Program-made: the position numbers and the translations under genes | Source of the DNA: Vezdaea acicularis | Taxonomy: Eukaryota | Length of the DNA: 64,000 bases | Assembly: GCA_026025075.1 (NCBI GenBank) | Contig: JAPEUI010000006.1 | Location: 124,001 to 188,000 of the forward strand | Direction of reading: 5' to 3' | Shown: positions 1 to 12,717 of the stretch, one piece after another | How positions within the stretch are numbered: position 1 is the stretch's first letter | How the letters are laid out: the number at the start of each line of letters is the position of its first letter | Notes under the pieces: model-generated | Told to the model about the DNA's origin: nothing | Seen by the model: only the letters and a program-made list of their open reading frames with translations | Database searches by the model: none

Positions 1-569
1 AGAGTTGGCTTTGGAGCAATGTGCTCTGCTGGCTTCCCTTCCCGTATATCATCCTCATCTTCAGAAAGCTGGAAGGCGGCCGCAGTAGGCGCCAAGGAAG
101 TGGTCTCACTTCTTTCCCGCCCAAAGGGCCCTTGCGCTCCTTCTCCTCGAGAGGTACCGTCGTTCGCTCTCTTCCTCGAGATAGATGTAGGAGCAGGTCC
201 CAGACTCCCGGGTCCCTTTAGAGGCCCTACAGCTCGGTTTCCGCTTGATGCGCCCTTCCCGACACTAAGCGGCGTTGGGAGAGCTGGAAAATGTCGCTTT
301 GGAGGACCGCCAGAGCTGGAAACTCCACTGGAGAGACTTGTTTTACCAAACGCAGATGGTCTGTCTATGCTATCTAAAGAGATAGGAGCCCCATCGCCAT
401 CCTCGAAAGATTTGACAAAGTCTTCATAAACTGCCGCAGTCTCTGCTTCTTCGCGAAGGCGCTTTGCCTCTGCGTCCGCCCTCTGTCTTTCAAACAAAGA
501 TTTTTTAGTGGGAGCTGACAATTTTGAGCTGATATCAGGAAACTCTTTGATCTTTGAAGATTCCGCCAT
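1..569 (-). CDS. U2SURP: U2 snRNP-associated SURP-motif protein (SR140-like), 5' part; runs off the window edge
   Basis: Manual translation from ATG at 569: MAESSKIKEFPDISSKLSAPTKKSLFERQRADAEAKRLREEAETAAVYEDFVKSF..., open to position 1. The EETAAVYEDFVKSF segment resembles the SR140/U2SURP N-terminus. Absent from the ORF track because it has no stop in the window. Confidence 0.65.
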   Translation of the reverse strand, partial: MAESSKIKEFPDISSKLSAPTKKSLFERQRADAEAKRLREEAETAAVYEDFVKSFEDGDGAPISLDSIDRPSAFGKTSLSSGVSSSGGPPKRHFPALPTPLSVGKGASSGNRAVGPLKGPGSLGPAPTSISRKRANDGTSRGEGAQGPFGRERSETTSLAPTAAAFQLSEDEDDIREGKPAEHIAPKPT

Positions 570-1600
570 AGTTGGATGCAAGGAGTGATGAGATCGAGCC
601 TTATGCAATGTAAATCTTTCGCGAGATGGTGTATCTTAAGAATGAATGCGGAGAACCCTTGCCGTATACGGATGTACAACTACGTGTAGCCTGGTTGAGA
701 CAGTGTTTGAATATAGTCCAACGAGTTGAGACCTTAAGCCACTCAAGAGAGATGAATAAAGGCAGTGAACTTTCAACTCAGTGATTATGGCTGGTGGATG
801 AGGTACTCCTCCATTCCGACCCGATTTTATTTATACGACTATACGTGAACAGTCTTGAGAAGCAAGGATTTGCATAAATCTAATCAGCTAGTAGAGCAAT
901 TCCTAAGGGGCTGGAGTATTGAAATAATCTCGCGACCAATACCAAGCTTATTCTGATAGAGTTTCCACGCTACCAGCGGCTCCGAGCTTGTACCTCGCAG
1001 AAAAAGAGCGTCAGATCTTGAGCCAGCAGCAGCCAGAAGGGATACTTGTCAGCGCAAACAGTCGCAACGGTGAAATTTAATAGCTTAATCCGCAAGAATG
1101 AAAGCATAATCTCCCTGATATGATGAATGTGAAATTTTCTCTCAGCGATATATGCTTACGCGCACTGTACTTTCGAAGCCCGAGCCCTTCAATTGAGGGA
1201 GAACACATCAACCTTTCTCTTTCGGGCTAAACCGCTTCTGCCTAGCAAATTCTCATGCGCGTCGCCTGATTGGTTGAACTGACTAGATCAGACGAGCCGC
1301 AGGTTGAACGAACTCGGCAAGATCCTCAAGTCACTTCGAAGAACCAAGTGCGTCCCTTCTCCTCATCAGCTTCACGCCCGTAAATTAAATTCTTCCTCAT
1401 CGTCACTTCATCTTTGGCGTCTGTCCGCTTCGAAAATACCCTCTAGGCACCGCTCTCATCATCCCCAGCTTCCGCGATCTCACGCAATCTGAATCTGACC
1501 TATACCAGTCTCGCCTTCAACTTCATCTCCGTCTCTTTACCCTTCAATCTAAGCTTTTCCAAACTTCCATCTGGACTTCTCAAATGGTCGCGCTTCCTAG

Positions 1601-4600
1601 ATGACCAATCCTCCTCCTCACCAGAACCTCCAGTCCTCGATTGCTTCTGGCACGAACAACCTTCCTGGTGCTGCCTCGCCAACAAGCCCACAATCGGCTG
1701 GGGGCTTTCCAACGCTCCTCTTCAACAGCCGCCCGCGGAATCTTCCCCCCATATCTACAGCCTCCGCAGCTACCCCGACTGGTACTGCCTTTACCCACAC
1801 CTCACCATCTCATGGGAGTCGACAAGGTCACCGGTCACAGAATTACTCTTCGACTGTCTCACCATTTACTTCGTCCTTCTCATCGATTTTGAACACATCT
1901 GGTCGCATTCCGAGCACACGACTGAATCAGCCTCAGTCCTCAACACAAGCCGCTGGCCAAACTGGATCACAGCAGCCATCAGAGATTTCGCTGCTGTCTT
2001 CCCTGCAGTCAAAGACCGCCACGGTTCCGACATACTCTCAGGCATTCTCCGCCGCGGCTTCGACCACCGCGACTCAGGGAGGAGGAGGTGGGAGTAGTGG
2101 CGGCGGAGGAGGTTCCAGAGGCTCAAGTGGCTTCTCACCTTCGCTATCACAACCGCCGAATATTACCTCACCTACCAGTGGAACGTTCAATTTTGGCTCC
2201 AACAACAATCCAAATAGCTCTTCCAGCGCATTTAATAATCAAGCTGGCCAATTATCGAGAATAACTGTCACACAAGTCTTCCTGCTCCTCAGTTCGTTGA
2301 AGGAAGACCAAGATAGGGCAAAGTGGGAACAACAGGCGGAACAAATTCGAAAGGTAAGGGCCGTAGACGACCATTATATTGCCTTCAGAAGATTTCTTCC
2401 TTTCAACTGAACATCTTTGCTCACATCTTTCAATTAGCTGGTTGAGAACTCCAACGACATGGATGTTTTCTCAAAATTCTTCCTTAGACTCCTTCGCGAT
2501 AATTCTCCTCATTTGTTCTTGCATGCTGGCGAGCACCCAAGCTTCCAAATGTTGGTCACAGAATTGCACAAAGTTGCGCAAGATGACGAGCAGTCTCAGA
2601 AAATTGCAATGACTATAGATGCAGCTGACGGAGATATGTTTCGCGACTTCGACCTATCTGCGGTTATGCAGCGTACTGGCATGGACCCTCTCGAGAAAAT
2701 GGTCCTAGCATTAGCATTTAAGGCGAATAACAGGTCAGAGTTCAGGACAAAAGGTACTAAAGCTCTCTGCTTGATCTGTTGAATCCTGCCAAATTGACAC
2801 AATATAGCTGATGCCATAATCACGACGAATTACGCACATTTTATTGATATTATGATCAGTCCCAACTCTCAACAAGGTGCGAAATACGTGCAAGTGTCTC
2901 CACCAATTCTTGCTACCATTATCGAACGGCTATTATTGTACGCACCACCAAATTACCATGACGAGGCAAATTTAGCCCTAGCGGTTCGTATGCACTATCA
3001 GACCCTGAATTTGCCAGTGCCGATAGAAGTCTCATCTGCTCTTCAAGTCGGGGAGATTTTGAAGCCAGAGCACGTCCTTGCTAATGCTTTGCAAGCTGCT
3101 GGCCCACAATGTACCAAATCCTTGGAGTCGTGTGCCCAGGCATTGAGGTCAGTGGAGGGCACAATGGGATCTGAACTTCAAGTGGGTATGGCTCTCCTGT
3201 ACTTAGTACTTGCACGAAACTTCCGAATTTATAAGCCGGAAGTCTTTGTAAGCCTTGTCCATTCTAAATCGAAGGGAAACGGCCTACAATGGAGAGCAGT
3301 GCTGCAAGTCTTTGATAGAGATGGATTACGGATTGACCCAGAACGGTTCCTCGCACTTTACGAAGCTTTACTCCCAGTCGCTATGGACGGTGCTGTGGAC
3401 ATACAATTGCTCTGGGCTGGTCAGTGGCGAAATGAGGCGACACAGCTATCGTTCCTCACTTCGTTATTCAAGTTGAACCCTTCAACAATGAGTATGGATA
3501 CAGTTCCAGGGCTGCAGAAGATCATTACGATCAACGATTTCGAGGCTGCGTCGGATTCTGTCAAAGAATACGCGGAAAAAGCCCTAGAAAGTACTCTCGT
3601 ATCGTTGGAAGCTATGCGGGCTGTTCTTAACATTGCTTTCCGGAGTCGCGAGTCTTTGGAAACTTTGGAGAGTCAAGATTTTCTTCGTGAAGTGGTCCAA
3701 CCAAATATGGATATTTTCCTTTGTGCGGCATTCGGCACCTCAGAAGAGAAAACAGAAACACAACAAAGTGTTCTCATACAACTTTTTAGCCCCTTCCTCA
3801 TGGAGCGACAAACAGGGTACGAGCTTGTCTTATATTACTTATGGAAGAAAAATAAACAGTGGGTCGCAGTTCGGCTTGTTGAGGCGCATTCTCGACAGCC
3901 GATGCGATTACCCACTCTTCTTGATGTTGCTGAAGAAAATCACTGGACCAATGATCTTTTCCCCTTACTCAACGGCTTTGGCATCGATTTGGCGGCATTG
4001 GCTCACCAGAGGGGCATCCTAGACCTCGAAGACTGGTCACAAAAGCATACCGAACGGGCTCGCCCGGAGTTTGTCTCACTTCTTTGCAAGTTTTTATCCA
4101 TCAAAGCTGAAGAAGAGATGCGCATCATAAGGAATGAGCAGAGCGAGCCACGAACGATTAGTCTAGGGGTTAATACCGTAAATGCGCTGCTACTCATTGT
4201 CGAGCGGTATATCACGGAATCAGAGCGGCAAGAACTTGTCAGGGTCCAGCGGTCATGCATACAAGCCTACCCGAGGCTTTTCAACTACGACGGAGATTTT
4301 GATGCCATCATCGAAGCCAATGGCCAAGTATCGAATGCATTGCCAGCGACCGCTGACAGGAAAATGCAGGATTACTACAAAAGAATGTATGGGGACGAAA
4401 TCCAAGTCAGGCAGATCATTGAGCACCTACAAGCCTTTAAACACTCTCAAGATCCCGCTGAGCAAGACCTATTCGCCTGCATGGTCCATGGGCTATTTGA
4501 TGAATACAACTGCTACAGTCAATATCCATTAGACGCTCTAGCAACGACCGCGGTTCTTTTTGGGAGTATTATCAATTTTGAGCTTTTGTCTGGAATTCCA

Positions 4601-7600
4601 TTGCAGGTTGGGCTAGGCCTGATCTTGGAAGCTGTTCGGGACCATGATTCCAATCAACCTATGTTCAAATTCGGACTCCAAGCACTGCTCCAATTTCGTG
4701 GTCGTCTCCACGAATGGCCTGGTTTCTGCCGTCTACTATCACAGGTTCCTTGGCTTCGAGGGACTGAGATTGCTAGCATCGTAGATGCTGCGCTCCAAGA
4801 TCAAGAGGAAACGTTGAGCGAAGAAGGGATTAATGATGTCGAAGCACAGAACGAGCTGTCCGACCTAACTGGTCTGACCAACGGTAATCTCGATGGCATC
4901 CTGTCCGGGGAGAAGGCTTTCCAGAAATTCACATCAGTTCGCGTAGATCCTTCAAGCCGATCAGATCTCTTCGAGGATCCTAGTGAGGATGTCCAAGATA
5001 GTGTTTTATTTGTCCTCAACAACATATCCGAGCGCAACTTTAAGTCCAAGATAGAGAGTTTGAGGGACACACTTCAGGACCGATACCACCACTGGTTCGC
5101 TGGCTATCTTGTCGAAGAACGTGCCAAAGTGCAACCAAACTTCCATCGACTCTACCTCGAAATGCTGGACAATTTTAATGATAGTCTACTCTCTAACGAA
5201 GTTCTTCGGGAGACTTACGCTAGCGTGATCCGACTGCTGAATTCTCAAACGATAGTCGATTCTATTCCCGAGCGTGGCCATTTGAAAAACCTTGGTAGCT
5301 GGCTGGGATCTCTGACAATTGCAAGGGACACCCCCATCAAGCAGAGGAATATCGCCTTCAAAGATTTATTGATTGAGGCGTACGATTCACAGCGCCTGCT
5401 TGCGGTTATACCGTTTGTCTGCAAAGTGTTAGACCAAGCATCCAAATCGACCGTCTTTAAGCCCCCCAATCCTTGGCTAATGGATATCATCAAGCTTCTT
5501 ATTGAATTATATCATTTCGCCGACCTAAAACTGAACGGCAAATTCGAGGTGGAGGTTCTATGCAAGGATCTAGGCCTCGACCACAATACAATTGAGCCCT
5601 CTACAGCGATTCGAGATCGGCCTCAATTAGAAGCTGAACTCATTGCTCAGCACCTTCCAGATAGGCTTGACGGGTTTGACGAGTTAGCCCTTTCTGGTCT
5701 TAGCCGCCAAGGCCCACGAAACGAGCGCTTCTCCCCTGAGGCTATTGTCTCTTCCCTGCCGGACCTTGGCCCACTCCTAGTTTACCCACCAAGTTCAAGT
5801 ACGATGATCAGCCCTGTCAGGCTACGTCAAATCGTCCAGTCAGCTATTCAGCGGGCCATATATGAGATCATCTCCCCTGTAGTCGAGAGATCTGTCACGA
5901 TCGCCGCCATCTCCGCTGCCGAGCTCATTCATAAAGACTTTGCAACAGAGCCCGATGAGGAGAAAGTGAAAGACGCCGCCATCAAGATGGTTAAAGCACT
6001 TGCGGGAAGCCTAGCCCTTGTTACATGCAAGGAACCACTGCGGATGAGCATGTCAAACTATATTCGCATTATGTCTACGGACCTCGGTGATCAGGCCCTC
6101 CCGGAGGGCGCTATTCTAATGTGTGTTAACGATAATCTTGACGCCGCTTGTGGACTTGTGGAACAGGCAGCAGAACTACGAGCAATTCCTGAGATTGAGG
6201 AACAAATCGGACAGTTAATCGTATCCCGACGGGAACATAGGCTTAGCAACCCTAGCGAGCAATTCGTCGATCCGATCTTCAACCGCTGGTCCTATTATAT
6301 TCCAGAGCCCTACAAGCCCACCACCGGAGGCCTGAAAAAAGAGCAATTGGCGATCTACGCCGACTTCGCTCGTCAGACCCGGGGAGTCAATGCCTCCGCG
6401 CATGTTAATGGACCTTCAGTTGACAGCGGACGATCGATTGCAAATGAGACTCTGGCCGAGCAATTCCCGGCCGTGCCAAATCTTCCGACCCCCGCGGAGC
6501 CGCCTGCCATCCCAAGGCAGCAGACCCAGCCCCAGCAGCAGCGCGTACAACCACCCCCGGCTATGCCGGCTATGAGCAACCAAGCTCCCCAAATGAATGG
6601 CTTTACCGACATGAATACCATTAGAGAGCGTATAAATGTAAGCAATATTCAATATTCGATATGTATTGCGATGATACTGACGTTCCTAAAGAACCACCTG
6701 GCCGACCTTCAGCAAGTGGCAAGAGAAGTTTCAGAGCAGCATCTTAAAGATCTGCCCTCCGATAATCCGGTCTCAGACTTACTTGGTGGTGTGGTTCGCC
6801 TTGTCATGGCATCTCCAAATCGCGATGAGACAGCATTCGCGGCTGCTAACATGGTTTGCTCTATGCTTTATGCAGAGACAGACAGTGGCCTTTCAATCGA
6901 GGCCTTAGCTCAGCTACTACAAAAGCTGTGTCACATGTCCAACATTACCGGCAAGGAAGTCATGCTCTGGTTAGCAAACCAGGCGGACGAACGTGTCTTC
7001 AATGTAGGCGTTACTGTTGCGCTGCTTGATACCGGCCTTCTCGAGCTCCATCGAGTGGATAACACAATCGCGAAAGCTATTGAAAGTGACAATCCAGCCG
7101 CCGTTCACTTTCTAGACAAACTTATGGACGCGATCTTATTGACCGATCGGCCTATTGCACTTCGCGCTGACTTTACAGCAAGTATAGAGGCCTTGAGTCA
7201 GTCTGCGCGAGATGCACCAGAGGAACACCCAGGAAAACTTCTCGTGCAAAAGCTCAAAGCCTCTGGCTTCACAAATGGTCCTAGTGCTATCACAGACGAA
7301 CACGCGCAATCTCGTCGCGATCAGATTGGATATGTCTTCTCTGAGTGGATAGGTCTATGCCAACATTCCAGCTCAACTGAAAAATCATACACTGCATTCG
7401 TCTCACAGATGAATCGCAACAAGCTCGTCAGCAACGAGACGGACTCGTGTGTCTTCTTTCGTATCTGCATTGATATTGCAGTAGAGGCATATGAGAACGA
7501 AGAAGCAAGTGGCACGGGAACTACTCAGGATGCGTTCATCTACGTGGACGCGCTCGCGAAGCTCATCACTTTCCTTGCTCGGCACCGGGGCGAATTGGTC

Positions 7601-8975
7601 CAAGACGCCGATCTCGGAAAGCCGGAATACTTCAATTCGATACTATCGATCATTGTGCTCGTGCTATGCCATCATCACAATGAGCGCGGCGATAGATTCA
7701 ACCAGAAAGTATTTTTCAGGCTTTTCTCCAGTCTACTTTGCGAGTACAAAAGTCTGGGTCGGCAATCGCCAGAACGAGCAAGAGAAATAATGATGGTGTT
7801 TGCAAAGACTTTCCTCATGCTTCAGCCTTTTTACTTTCAAGGATTTGCTTTCGGTTGGCTTTCTTTGGTATCGCATCGCATCTTTATGCCCGGACTTCTC
7901 AATCTCCCCGATCAAGCTGTAAGTGAATACCCCAAGCCTATGTCTGGTAGAGTAAGGCTAAAATATCTTCCAGGGTTGGCCTATGTATGCGCAGCTCATG
8001 GATGCATTGCTAAGCTTCGTTGGAGACCAACTCAAGCCCTTGACCATAAGTGGGGTTGCCAAAGATCTTTATAGAGGCGTGCTTCGCGTCTTATTGGTCC
8101 TTCATCACGATTTCCCGGAATTTTTGGCAGAGAACCACTTTAAGCTCTGCAACGTCATTCCCGCACATTGTACTCAACTCCGCAACTTGATACTTAGCGC
8201 TTATCCGTCCTCCTTCCCCGAGTTGCCGGATCCTTTTACCGCTGGTCTTAAGGTTGATCGCATTGTTGAAATTCGCAACTCCCCTGTCGTCGCTGGAGAC
8301 ATAGAAGGACCGCTTAGCCAGGCCAACATCAAGGATATCATCGATTCTTGTCTGCGAGAGGGCCCTTCGGAAGAGAACGTTCTGGCGATCGCGAAAGCCG
8401 TCCACAACCCCAATGTACAGGAGACGGGAGTCGCTTATACCCCAGTCAGCGTTGATACTGTTCTTCTCAATTGCATGGTTCTATATATCGGTGGCAGTGC
8501 TATAGCAGCTGCCAGCCAGAAGAACGCTCCGACTTTCGCCCAAAGTTCGACTCAAGCAGCCCTGATGACTCGACTTGTCCACGAGCTCTTACCGGAGGCC
8601 AGATACTACTTCCTGAGCGCTATAGCGAATCAATTGCGATACCCTAACAGTCACACGCACTACTTCAGCTATGCGCTTCTCTTCTTGTTCGGTAATGATC
8701 ACAATGACCAGCAAGAATCGGATGTCAGACAACAGATCACTCGTGTCCTTCTAGAACGGCTCATCGTCCACCGTCCTCACCCGTGGGGCCTGATCATCAC
8801 CCTTCTCGAATTGTTAAAGAATCCGGCATACATGTTTTGGGATTTGCCATTCATCAAAGCTGCCCCTGAAGTAAGACATCCCTTACCCCTTCTGTTTGAG
8901 CCTATGTTGACCTTCCTGCAGATTGAGCGTCTTTTCAGCGCTCTTTTCTCACATATCAACACCCCTACCCGCTAA
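1601..8975 (+). CDS. NOT1: CCR4-NOT complex scaffold subunit Not1; exons approx. 1601-2353, 2438-2753, 2808-6637, 6692-7918, 7974-8870, 8922-8975
   Basis: Motifs FACMVHGLFDEY, LKNLGSWLGSLT, FKPPNPW, LALVTCKEPLR, NQLRYPNSHTHYFS and LLERLIVHRPHPWGL. GT..AG introns join the ORF fragments in frame. Confidence 0.97.
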
Positions 8976-9400
8976 GGTGCCGTCGAGGATACCACTCGTC
9001 ATCCCGTTCCTGCGAATATGGTATCAAAAACTAAAAACATCAAATACGGTGATGTTACAGATATAACAAGCCTTCTCATTTCGATCTTTCTGTCTCACAT
9101 TCACGATCAACCGGCGTTCGTACAGGAATGGGGCTTTTGCATGCATGCATCGGCAGAAACACTCTCAGCATTAGGACAGCGTGGATTGATTGATTGTGTC
9201 CGGGTTTGACCGCAAACTTATTGATTTATCCCCTGTTGAAATCAGATTATCTGCAGATATGTCTGGAGGTACCTGTGTATTAGGCATGCTTCGTTTGATC
9301 ATGATACTCCCCTTTAAACCTTTCTTGATCTGGCCGTAGGCGTGCTTTTTTCTTTTTCTTTCTCTTTCACTATGGGGGACAGGGATGGCTACTAAATCTG

Positions 9401-9431
9401 CTACTGCTGTTGCTGCTACTGCTGCTACTGC
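9401..9431. repeat. Imperfect (GCT)n trinucleotide microsatellite
   Basis: ctactgctgttgctgctactgctgctactgc downstream of NOT1. Confidence 0.6.
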
Positions 9432-11022
9432 GGGGAGTGAAAAGCGTGTTGGCATTGAAAGCGGATTCCTGGGAACTGACTGTAATATACTCATGCACAC
9501 ACACCCCTTGCGAAAGAGAAGCGCGTGCGATAAGGGAATGTAGGATATAATGTCCAAGACAATGAACCATCTAAGCTATCGCTGATGAATGAGCCGCGAC
9601 TCACCAGATACGTACTTTTGAGTGTTCGTTGTATCCTCTATGGATCATTCAAAACCTATTAAGCAGGCCGGAGGTTTGACTAAAGAGCGGGCTTTCGTTC
9701 TCTGATGATGGTGACAAAGGTCAATGTTGACCGCAGCAAGGCTCAAGGAGAACGAGGCCAGGACTGAAGTGTTCCGGTCCGTTTTCTATTCGGTCTTCCG
9801 CTTCTGACAATGTACTATCACGATAGCTGTTAAGCTATCTACATCTATCCTAGAGAAATCATGGTTCGCCAGAAGCTCTAGCATTCCCTTATCACCACAT
9901 TGGAAGGCCATATGGATCACACTATTCCCTTGATTATACAGAGATCATCAATAGATGATACAGTGAGCAGTCATTACTTCGGGAAAGTTCACGCAGAAAT
10001 CTAGCTACAAATTTCGAGTTTTCCTATCCGTATATACTGGGGAGCTAAAAGCACTACACCATTGTACTTTACAAACAGCAGTGTCATACGAGACTTTGGC
10101 AGAATTCCCAATACAAGACCTTATAAGGGGACACCAGAGATTCAAAATAGGCACATCGCTCCAAGGTCACAATGGCCCCTTACGGCTCTTAACCATTAGG
10201 GTACCAAACGTGAACCAGCGTGGATGAGCATGAAAGGGGTTATAATCCGCAAAACTCCGCCCAGTGTGAAACTACATAGTTCATGGTTCATGACAAGCAG
10301 AAAGAACTAAATGTAGGCAGGTGCCTTTGCTCGACCAGCATACATAAAGAACATAGATTTGCGCACCTCCTTCATGAGCTCTCTCTTTTGCTCCTTATCT
10401 TCGAGGCAAGCGGGCCTTTCGACTTAGGAAGACATTGACACCGAATTTTTGACGTGAAAAAGCCGATACTAAACGCCCGTTTCCAGTTCCACCCATTGCT
10501 TACTTCTGAGATGTAGACGCATCGTAGTGCGTACGGAGGCAGACACGAAGACCGCAATACTCAAAGATAGAATAAAATCCAAAGCCAGACATAAGATCTT
10601 CTACCAGACATCAACTGGATGAAGTTCAGTCATACACTATGGCTTTTACTAGAATGTTATCCTCAAGCCGTCCAACTTCATCCCACCTCCAAACCTGGGC
10701 ATGGCTTGTTCTTTCCCAATCCTAGGAACGACATGGAGAAGCTGTAACGTGAAAGACTCTGCCACTGGATACAGAATCTATGACATATGGCTAAGACGAC
10801 GTCTCACGATCGTGATTGCTAGCTCGAGCGTTGAGCTCATTATAAGCCACAGGAAGGAGGCCAACGAATTGCTGGTCGGCATGTCCCTTGTTTCTAACGC
10901 ACAGCTCGATGTAGATGACTTGAACATCATAGTCATGGTTCAAGCCCGCATAAAAAAGGGAATAGCCTGATGTCCACCTTATCTTAGCTTTTTGGTTGCA
11001 ATTTTCGACTGTCCCGTGAACT

Positions 11023-12318
11023 CTATTTGTTCTTTCCTCCTGCTTTTGTGAAGAAACTTGACAATTTCTTCATCCCAGTAAGATCGGCCTTCTTAAGATT
11101 TCGTACCCCGCGGCTCATCCCCGCCTTCTTCCGTGCCTCGTCCGCTTCCACCTTAGCCTTCTTCTCTGCTCGACTCTCGCCAGACTCGAAGTCTTCAGCA
11201 TTACGCTTTCGATTCAGGTCGTTTAAAGAGCGTGATGCTAGCGCAGCTCGTCTTTGCGACGTGAGGTCCGCCAGATAGGTATCGAGAGCTGTGAAAGAGG
11301 GTATGCCGATTGTGTCAAGATGTTCCAGGAGTAGGTCCTGAAGGTTTGGTGGTACGTAGGAGCGGAGAATATAATTCAGTGCCACGCGCAACTGCAACAA
11401 TGGTGCATGCGGTGAGGTAGAAGCAAAAGACGACCGTGAAAGATGCTCCACATTTGATTGGGTATCGGAAGCTGCTGTTGACTTTGCAAGGCTATTCGAT
11501 TGGGAATCCAAGTCCCCGAAGGTATTGGGTGTTTCCGGTTCGCTCTTATCCGTTATGCTTTCCCCCGGAGTCAATGAAGGTGTACCCGGGTTACACTGTT
11601 CTTCCTCCTCAATATTGATGTCCAGTACCGCGAGCGGTTCAAGCACCCTCCTCACAAAGCGATCTTCTAAGCTTCTCGGTAGCCCATTCTCCACCATTTT
11701 CTTTGCCTTCGATAGAAGCTCTGAAAGTAACTTGCCGATAGACAAGCGGTACATCCTCTCATCTCCTACCTCGACGTGATCACTGATACACTGCAGTCGA
11801 CATGCGAGCAAGGCAGAGAACTTCTCAGATTGAATCAAATATTGGGCCTGAGGTGAGAGAGATAGAAGAGTGTCGAGGTAATCGGAGAAGGGAAAGAAAT
11901 GGGACGGCTTTTCCATTGACGATTCGAAGCTTAGAGCGAGGGGTGTAAGTAGCAGAAATAGAGGATCGTAAGGCGTTGCTGTCATGAGCGCTGCGTCTGG
12001 ATTTGTAAAAGCGGATTCAGTACCACGAAATGTCGGCTGAGATATTGAGGGCATGAGAAGCCAACTTTTCGGGTTGGTTTTGGCAGCTGATATTCGAGTC
12101 AATTCGTAGAGCCCTCTTGAAGGACAGAAGTAATATCGACATAGCCTCGTTGTTATTGGGTTGGTGAGAGTCAGGAACCGTGTGGATGAGGAGGCATTAT
12201 TGGGTAATATGAGGACAGTCCTTTGTGCACCTTGGGTAGGAGGGGTATAAGTCGTTAGAGCATCTTTTGATTCTGGGATAGCAGGAGCTGGGACTGCAAG
12301 TCGTTTCCGTGCTCCCAT
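11023..12318 (-). CDS. RNH202: Ribonuclease H2 subunit B (Rnh202/Ydr279 family)
   Basis: ATG at 12318 (MGARKRLAV...). Motifs ATPYDPLFLLL and LLSKAKKMVENGLPRSLEDRFV, plus a C-terminal PIP-box-like GMKKLSSFF. Confidence 0.85.
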   Translation of the reverse strand: MGARKRLAVPAPAIPESKDALTTYTPPTQGAQRTVLILPNNASSSTRFLTLTNPITTRLCRYYFCPSRGLYELTRISAAKTNPKSWLLMPSISQPTFRGTESAFTNPDAALMTATPYDPLFLLLTPLALSFESSMEKPSHFFPFSDYLDTLLSLSPQAQYLIQSEKFSALLACRLQCISDHVEVGDERMYRLSIGKLLSELLSKAKKMVENGLPRSLEDRFVRRVLEPLAVLDINIEEEEQCNPGTPSLTPGESITDKSEPETPNTFGDLDSQSNSLAKSTAASDTQSNVEHLSRSSFASTSPHAPLLQLRVALNYILRSYVPPNLQDLLLEHLDTIGIPSFTALDTYLADLTSQRRAALASRSLNDLNRKRNAEDFESGESRAEKKAKVEADEARKKAGMSRGVRNLKKADLTGMKKLSSFFTKAGGKNK

Positions 12319-12717
12319 GTTGAGGACATAGGGTAAAAGCGTGATAGTACTAATCGAAAGGACCCAGTTACGTTGTATTTGTATTCTGGCTTCGTATCTG
12401 TCATTGTTACAAATTTTTCGACGTGGATCTCGAAAGAGCCGACATGCGTGGCAGCCGAGCGCGTCGCAGACGCGCCAGCCAATCATATCTGTCGTATACG
12501 GTACCTTGTTTGTCACTTGCGCTCATCCTTCAATCTCGTGTGCAGATGGCATTGAACTTTGTAGCTTCTCTCATGGGTGCCAAGTCAACACCTGGAATGA
12601 TAGGCCATTGGGAGCCTCAACAAAGGCAATTATCTATCTCCTCGTCGACTTTTTGTTGGGGCGCAGGAGGGCGAGGAACGATTCTCGTATATTGCTCCAA
12701 TCTTCGACAACGGGGTA

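Noticed and set aside
9702..9767. C/D box snoRNA candidate (TGATGA...CTGA)
   Set aside because: No terminal stem or rRNA-complementary guide recognised, and such short motifs arise by chance.
9930..10660. ACAGAGA (U6-like) and GCTTTTAC (U5 loop-like) fragments
   Set aside because: The flanking conserved snRNA sequence is absent.
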